Part shown: positions 58,908-64,000 of the stretch, piece by piece
Layout of the letters: the number at the start of each line of letters is the position of its first letter
Position numbering within the stretch: the first letter of the stretch is position 1
DNA from: Albidovulum sp.
Lineage (GTDB): Bacteria; Pseudomonadota; Alphaproteobacteria; Rhodobacterales; Rhodobacteraceae
DNA length: 64,000 bases
Direction of reading: 5' to 3'
NCBI RefSeq assembly: GCF_008933605.1
Contig: NZ_WBUS01000001.1
Location: 18,939-82,938, forward strand
The notes under the pieces: generated by a model
The model's input: only the letters and a program-made list of their open reading frames with translations
Told to the model about the DNA's origin: nothing
Database searches by the model: none
Made by a program: the position numbers and the translations under genes

Positions 58908-59360
58908 TCAGGCGAGAGTGGAGACAGGGGGCGCCCGTGCGGCGCGGCTCAGATCGACGGCGAAGCCGGGCCGGTGTGCCGTCGTCAGTACCGGGCGGAA
59001 CCGCGCGAACGCGGTGCGGGTGGCGTCGGCAAGGAACGCGGCTTGCACCGCGGCGATGGCCTGCGTGACCGCAAGGCACTTGCCGACTTCCTGGTTGGAC
59101 TCGGGCAGCGGCGCCTGCCCTGTCACGCTCCCGTCGGCAGAAAGCCAGAGGTCGCGCGGGCCTTCCTCGGTACACAGGACGAGCCGGACACCGTCCTCGC
59201 CCGCCGCCCGCATCATCCCCTGGGGAACGATGCCGGAGAGAACGAGCGAAAGGAGGAGAAGTATGAGGGAGGCAAGCCGAGGCCAGGGCAAAACTTCCAC
59301 GGCGCCCGCACGGCGGGCGGTGCGGGCGACCCTTCTCCCATTCGTGCACCGCGACATCAT
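58908..59360 (-). CDS. hypothetical small membrane protein (possibly DUF2946-like)
   Basis: One hydrophobic helix, LASLILLLLSLVLSGIV. Start uncertain (ATG 59360 or TTG 59408). The family guess is from memory only. Confidence 0.35.
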   Translation of the reverse strand: MMSRCTNGRRVARTARRAGAVEVLPWPRLASLILLLLSLVLSGIVPQGMMRAAGEDGVRLVLCTEEGPRDLWLSADGSVTGQAPLPESNQEVGKCLAVTQAIAAVQAAFLADATRTAFARFRPVLTTAHRPGFAVDLSRAARAPPVSTLA

Positions 59361-59423
59361 GCTTGCTGCATAGCGCACCGATCCAGGGTCGTACTTGACT
59401 TGGCTCAAGCGTCGTCGGCTGGG

Positions 59424-60554
59424 TCAGACCGCGGTGACAAGCCGCATGTGCTGCGCCTGATGCTGCGTCGCCTCAAGCCAGCGCGCGACCAGACGCGGAT
59501 CCTGCGGGGCGCCGTGCAATCCCACCGCAAACTCGCGCCGCATCAGCGCCTCGATGGCGAGCGCAACAGTGCCGGACACGAGCCGCGCCATGGCCGAGCC
59601 GCGCACGTCGCCGTGGGCGTCCAGCGTCCAGGTTCGATGCCAGACAGGCCGGCCGTCGCGCTCCGCCTTCAGTGCGACGCAGAGGACGACCCTGTCGGGC
59701 TCCCCCTCTGCAAGCGGGTATCTCGCCCAGAGGTCGTCTGCGAGGGCCTCGAGCGTCTCGGGCGAGGGGCCAGCCGCGAGGGTCTCGAAGACCGGCGCCC
59801 AAGCCTCGGCCCAACCGTTCAGGCGGAGCGTGCCGCGGACGAACTCCTTCACCTTCCAGCCCGGTTCGAACCCGTATTCGGCGAGGTATGGCACGGAATC
59901 GCGATTGGGGTAGACCTCGAAGGTCTCGGGCGCGCGCAGCGGCGCGATGTAGGATCGCACCGCGTCCCAGGGATGGAGAACGCGCAGCTCGGAATAGTCG
60001 CGGATCGAGCGCGCAGGCGACAGGAGCGCCTTGAGGACGCCGAGCGGCGACCAGGAGAACTTGTAGCGGAACGCGTTCGGCACCGCCGGCACGCCGCCGC
60101 AGTAGGAGGTGAACGACAGGACGTTGTCGCGGTGAAAGGCCGGCGAGGCGCGGTAGGCCGCGATCAGGTCGTGCGCCATGACATGATCGATGCCGGGATC
60201 GAGCCCCACCTCCGACACCACTGCGACGCCTGCCGCGCGCGCGGGGGCGTCGAGCGCGCGCAGCTCATCGGTCACATAGCTCGACGCGACGAAATGCGCG
60301 CGGTGGGCGACGCAGAGCCGCGCGATGCCCGCGTGAAGGTGCGCAGGCAGCATCGAAACGACGATGTCGCCGGCCGCGACCGCCGCCGCGAAGGCCGGGG
60401 GCTCCATCGCTCGGATGTCGTCGGTGATGTCGCCCACCGCCACCCGGGCCTGGTCCACCGGCAGGTTCCAGACCGTGACCGGGTGGCCGTCGAGGATCAG
60501 CCGGCGCAGTCCGGGGATGGAGGAAAGGCCCGTGCCGCACCAGTGGATCCGCAT
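59424..60554 (-). CDS. saccharopine dehydrogenase-like NAD(P)-binding protein
   Basis: 376 aa from MRIHWCGTGLSSIPGL, with EVGLDPGIDHVMA. AAAGGAG lies upstream of ATG 60552-60554. Confidence 0.65.
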   Translation of the reverse strand: MRIHWCGTGLSSIPGLRRLILDGHPVTVWNLPVDQARVAVGDITDDIRAMEPPAFAAAVAAGDIVVSMLPAHLHAGIARLCVAHRAHFVASSYVTDELRALDAPARAAGVAVVSEVGLDPGIDHVMAHDLIAAYRASPAFHRDNVLSFTSYCGGVPAVPNAFRYKFSWSPLGVLKALLSPARSIRDYSELRVLHPWDAVRSYIAPLRAPETFEVYPNRDSVPYLAEYGFEPGWKVKEFVRGTLRLNGWAEAWAPVFETLAAGPSPETLEALADDLWARYPLAEGEPDRVVLCVALKAERDGRPVWHRTWTLDAHGDVRGSAMARLVSGTVALAIEALMRREFAVGLHGAPQDPRLVARWLEATQHQAQHMRLVTAV

Positions 60555-60589
60555 GGCTTGCTCCTTTCTTCGGGCGGGCCGCGCCCGCG

Positions 60590-61243
60590 TCAGTAATGCG
60601 TTCGGGCCGCGTGGCGGTCGGGATGGTCGAGGTGCGGGGTGGCACCGAACTGGATCAGGTGCAGGCCCTCGCCGTCGATCGCGAAGCGGTGGACCGAGGT
60701 GTTGAGTATCCGCAGGAACATCCGCGCCTTCACCACGGTCTCCAGTCCCAGCGCCAGTGCGCAGAGCGTGGCGATGACGCCGGTCGAGGTGACCAGAACC
60801 GCGCCCGACCCCTCGGCCGCGGCGTCGTGGATTGCGTCCAGCACGCGGTCGCGGAAGGCGTCGTAGCTCTCGTGGTCGGGGCCGGCGTGACCGGCCCGCC
60901 ACAGCTCCAGAACCTGCGGAACATGCGCGGCAAAGCTCGCCGTGTCGGTCGGAAAGGGGATGCCGTCGCGCGCTTCGAGAGCATGGGACAGGCGGAAGTA
61001 GTCAAGCTCGTTCAGCCGCGGGTCCCGTCGGTGCGGACGGCCGCCGCGATTGACCAGCGCCGCCGTCTCTTGCTGCCGGCGCAGCGTGCCCGAGATGACG
61101 CGATCGAAGCCGCCGACGCTCAGGAGATGCTCGCCCAGCCATTCTGCCTGCCGGCGACCGAGGTCCGAGAGGCGGTCGTAGTCTTCCTCGGTGCGCGCGC
61201 CGGTGTTGGCCTGGCCGTGGCGGATGAGCGTGATCTCGGACAT
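60590..61243 (-). CDS. histidine phosphatase (phosphoglycerate mutase) family protein
   Basis: 217 aa. ITLIRHGQ contains the catalytic RHG motif. Confidence 0.85.
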   Translation of the reverse strand: MSEITLIRHGQANTGARTEEDYDRLSDLGRRQAEWLGEHLLSVGGFDRVISGTLRRQQETAALVNRGGRPHRRDPRLNELDYFRLSHALEARDGIPFPTDTASFAAHVPQVLELWRAGHAGPDHESYDAFRDRVLDAIHDAAAEGSGAVLVTSTGVIATLCALALGLETVVKARMFLRILNTSVHRFAIDGEGLHLIQFGATPHLDHPDRHAARTHY

Positions 61244-61255
61244 GCGGCCCCTGTT

Positions 61256-61975
61256 TCACCCCCAGCGCACGTCGCCGAGGAAAATGTAGCCCGCGCCGTA
61301 GATCGTCTTGATCAGGCGCGGATTCTTCGGATCCTCGCCGAGCTTCGTCCTGAGCCGCGAGATGCGCACGTCCATCGCCCGGTCGAAGCTTTCGCCCGCC
61401 GCGCCGCCGAGGATTTCCTGCATCTGCGCGCGCGAGACGAGCCGCTTGGGGCTATCAAGGAAGAGTCTGAGAACCTCGCCCTCGGCATGGCTGAACGCCA
61501 CTTCCTCGCCCGCCTCGCTGACCAGCAGGTAGCGGTCGAAGTGCGCCGTCCAGCCCGCGAAGTGCGCGACGGTCGCGGTGCGGTCGGTGTCGGAGCGGGT
61601 CTTCCGCAGGCGGGCGCGAATGCGGGCGACGACCTCGGCCGGGTCGAAGGGCTTGATGATGTAGTCGTCAGCGCCAAGCTCCAGCCCCGTCACCCGGTCC
61701 TGCACCTGCGCACGGCCCGAGATGATGATGATCGCCGCCCCGGATTCCAGCGCCAGCCGATGAACGAGCGCCAGCCCGTCGCGGTCCGGCAGGCCGAGGT
61801 CGACGAGGCAGACATCCGGCGCGGTGCGCTTCAGCGCGGCCTCGAACTCCGTCGCGCGGGAAAAGGTCGACGTGCGAAACCCCGCCTCCTCCAGCGTGTC
61901 CGATAGCATTCGGCGAATCTCCGGCTCGTCGTCGAGGATGGCGACATGTGCGCGGGCGTCCCGGGCCGGTGTCAT
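61256..61975 (-). CDS. OmpR-family response regulator (receiver plus winged-helix domains)
   Basis: 239 aa with VAILDDEPEIRRML and DVCLVDLGLPDRDG. The C-terminus is IKTIYGAGYIF. 4-nt overlap with the kinase gene stop. Confidence 0.9.
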   Translation of the reverse strand: MTPARDARAHVAILDDEPEIRRMLSDTLEEAGFRTSTFSRATEFEAALKRTAPDVCLVDLGLPDRDGLALVHRLALESGAAIIIISGRAQVQDRVTGLELGADDYIIKPFDPAEVVARIRARLRKTRSDTDRTATVAHFAGWTAHFDRYLLVSEAGEEVAFSHAEGEVLRLFLDSPKRLVSRAQMQEILGGAAGESFDRAMDVRISRLRTKLGEDPKNPRLIKTIYGAGYIFLGDVRWG

Positions 61976-63912
61976 GCGGCCCTCCGGCGCGAGAGGGCGG
62001 CGGCGAGGTCGCCGACCGCGAATGGCTTCGACAGGACCGGGATGGGTCCGGCACGGGCGCGCTGGGCGTCACCGGGCGGCAGCGACGTCATCAGCACGAT
62101 CCGCGCCGGATGGTCCCGCGCACCGAGCGCCACCGCGAGGTCGACCCCGCTCATGGTTCCGGGCAGGCCGATGTCTGACAGGATGAGGTCGAGCCCTGGC
62201 AGGTCGCAAAGCTCCATCGCTTCGTCCGCGCTCGCCGCCTCGATCACATTGTGGCCGAGCGAGCGCAGCATCCCGCGCACGTCGGCGCGGATTTCCTCCC
62301 GGTCCTCCACCAGAAGTACGAGCAGCGGATCTGCGGATTCGGTGCCTGGGGCGCGGCGGAACGGCAGCCGAAGGGTCACGGTCGCGCCGCCCTCGGACCG
62401 GTTGGCGAGCTTCACCGTGCCGCCGGAGAGCTTGGTGTGGTCGTAGACCATTGAGAGCCCGAGCCCCGAACCTTCGCCGCCCTTGGTGGTGAAGAACGGA
62501 TCGAGCCCGCGTTCGAGCGCCTCGGACGAGAAGCCCGGTCCGGTATCGGCCACCGAGATTACCAGCCAGGTGTCGCGCAGGGGGCGCACCGCAACGGTGA
62601 TCCGCCCCGCCCCGGACTTGCCTGCCACGATGGCATCGCGCGCGTTGAGGATGAGGTTCAGCAGCGAATCCTGCAGCGAACCGGCATCGAGCATCACCGG
62701 ACCGCCCAGGTCGGCCACGAGAAGGTCGAGCCCGATGCCGGCCGGCAGCGAGGGCCGCGCCATGATCCGGAGGTCGGCCAGGAGGGCGGGCAGATCGGTG
62801 GGCAGCGGCCTTACCTCGCGCGGGCCCGAGATCGCGGCGATCCGGTCGAGAAGATGGCCGCCTCGACGCGCCGCCGCGAGCGTCGCGCGGGCCAGCGCGG
62901 TCGCGTCCCCGGGCAGGCCGGGCAGCCGTTCCAGCCGGCCCTGCAGCCCGAGGATGATGGTGAGAAGGTTGGCGAAGTCATGCGCGAGGCCCGAGGTCAG
63001 CTGCGCCGCAAGCTCGCGCTTCGCGGCCTGGCTCAGGGCCGCGCGGGTCTGCGCCTCCTCGGTCACGTCCATCGACAGGGCATAGACCCCGTGCGCCCCG
63101 CCGGCTGCCCCCTGGTCGGGGGTGAGCGCGATGCGGATGCGCCGCCCCGAGGGCTCGTGCGTGATCTCGAAGACATTCGCCTCTCCGGCGATGGCGCGGC
63201 GGAGCCCGGGCTCGATCCTGGCGAAGGTGGCTTGCCCCAGGACCTCCTCGACAGGGCGGCCGACGATGTCGGACAGGCTACCGGGCATGATCGCCGACAG
63301 ACGGCGGTTGGAATAGGTGTAGACAAGATCGCGACCCACATGGGCGATGTGGGCCGGCATCATTTCGGTCACGAGCCGGGTGCGCGCCTCCATCTCGGTC
63401 AGTTCGCGCTTGGCTTCCTCCAGCGCGGCGTTCGTCGCGGCAAGCTCGCGGTTTGCCTGGGCGAGCCGTTCCGTGCGGTTCAGCACTTCCTCCGAAAGCT
63501 CCGCCGAGCGCCCGCGCAGCAGTGCCTCCTGCGCCTTGATGCCGGTGATGTCGGTATAGACGGTGACCCAGCCGCCCTGCGGCAGCGGGGAGCCCTCGAC
63601 CGAGATGGTGCGGCCATCGGGCCGGCGCCGTTCCATGTAGTGCGGCACGAAGGCGCGGGCCTGTTCGACGCGGACGCGCACCGCCTCCTCGGGGTCGCTG
63701 ACCGTGCCGTATTCTCCGCGCAGGACCAGGTAGCGGATGGTCTCCTCGAACGAGGTGCCCGGCCGGGTGAGGGCGTCGGGCAGACCGAACATGACCTGGT
63801 ACTGGCGATTGGACACGGCAAGCCGGAGTTCGCTGTCGAAGATCGACAGGGCCTGCTGAATGAGGTTCAGCCCGGCCTGCGTGAACTTTGTGCGCGGATC
63901 CTCGCGGTCCAT
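61972..63912 (-). CDS. hybrid sensor histidine kinase (PAS-type sensor regions, HisKA, HATPase, C-terminal receiver)
   Basis: 646 aa. H-box SGLAHDFANLL, G-boxes DTGPGF and GSGLGLS, and a receiver domain (LLVEDREEIR...ILSDIGLPG). Confidence 0.88.
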   Translation of the reverse strand: MDREDPRTKFTQAGLNLIQQALSIFDSELRLAVSNRQYQVMFGLPDALTRPGTSFEETIRYLVLRGEYGTVSDPEEAVRVRVEQARAFVPHYMERRRPDGRTISVEGSPLPQGGWVTVYTDITGIKAQEALLRGRSAELSEEVLNRTERLAQANRELAATNAALEEAKRELTEMEARTRLVTEMMPAHIAHVGRDLVYTYSNRRLSAIMPGSLSDIVGRPVEEVLGQATFARIEPGLRRAIAGEANVFEITHEPSGRRIRIALTPDQGAAGGAHGVYALSMDVTEEAQTRAALSQAAKRELAAQLTSGLAHDFANLLTIILGLQGRLERLPGLPGDATALARATLAAARRGGHLLDRIAAISGPREVRPLPTDLPALLADLRIMARPSLPAGIGLDLLVADLGGPVMLDAGSLQDSLLNLILNARDAIVAGKSGAGRITVAVRPLRDTWLVISVADTGPGFSSEALERGLDPFFTTKGGEGSGLGLSMVYDHTKLSGGTVKLANRSEGGATVTLRLPFRRAPGTESADPLLVLLVEDREEIRADVRGMLRSLGHNVIEAASADEAMELCDLPGLDLILSDIGLPGTMSGVDLAVALGARDHPARIVLMTSLPPGDAQRARAGPIPVLSKPFAVGDLAAALSRRRAA

Positions 63913-64000
63913 CTCTCCTCCGTCGCCCTATCGCTAGCACCGCCGGCGGGGCGGGCGGAAGGGGCAAGCGCTGCCTGTTACAATTCGTAAGGTTTACGCA

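Overview
High-GC chromosomal segment, probably alphaproteobacterial (Rhodobacterales-like; inferred from the PetABC, LptCAB-RpoN-HPF-PtsN and DnaKJ protein sequences). Most of it is ordinary core genome. Core content, left to right: gltD (partial), uppP, kdsD-lptC-lptA-lptB-rpoN-hpf-ptsN, a surface-polysaccharide cluster, alkB, dnaK-dnaJ and petABC. Next comes a roughly 11 kb same-strand run: aminotransferase, two Rieske oxygenases, a PotFGHI-like transporter, a DMSP-lyase-family cupin, a methyltransferase, a GST and LysE. It is followed by a lysine/glutaryl-CoA catabolic block, an Fe-siderophore-type ABC importer, and a hybrid histidine kinase with its response regulator. The polysaccharide cluster holds sulfotransferase-like genes, GT14, GT2, galE, galU, kdsB, cysQ and a kpsM-like permease. 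The one clearly accessory region is a roughly 5.7 kb lower-GC integrative element in the 3' end of tRNA-Leu(CAG) (about 3565-9278), bounded by 15/16-identical direct repeats. Its minus strand carries a translationally coupled five-gene module: tyrosine integrase, a 252-aa ORFan, an AlpA-like HTH protein, a 99-aa protein, and a 439-aa reverse-transcriptase-like protein. The RT-like protein has motifs 1-7, but CTDN replaces the catalytic YxDD. Two short repeat families mark the element ends, and a membrane/SH3b-like cargo gene lies convergent to the RT gene. This RT-containing integrase module is my best candidate for an undescribed system. All calls rest on reading the supplied translations and the DNA by eye. 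No database search or exhaustive computation was run; GC figures come from a few hand-counted 60-nt lines.
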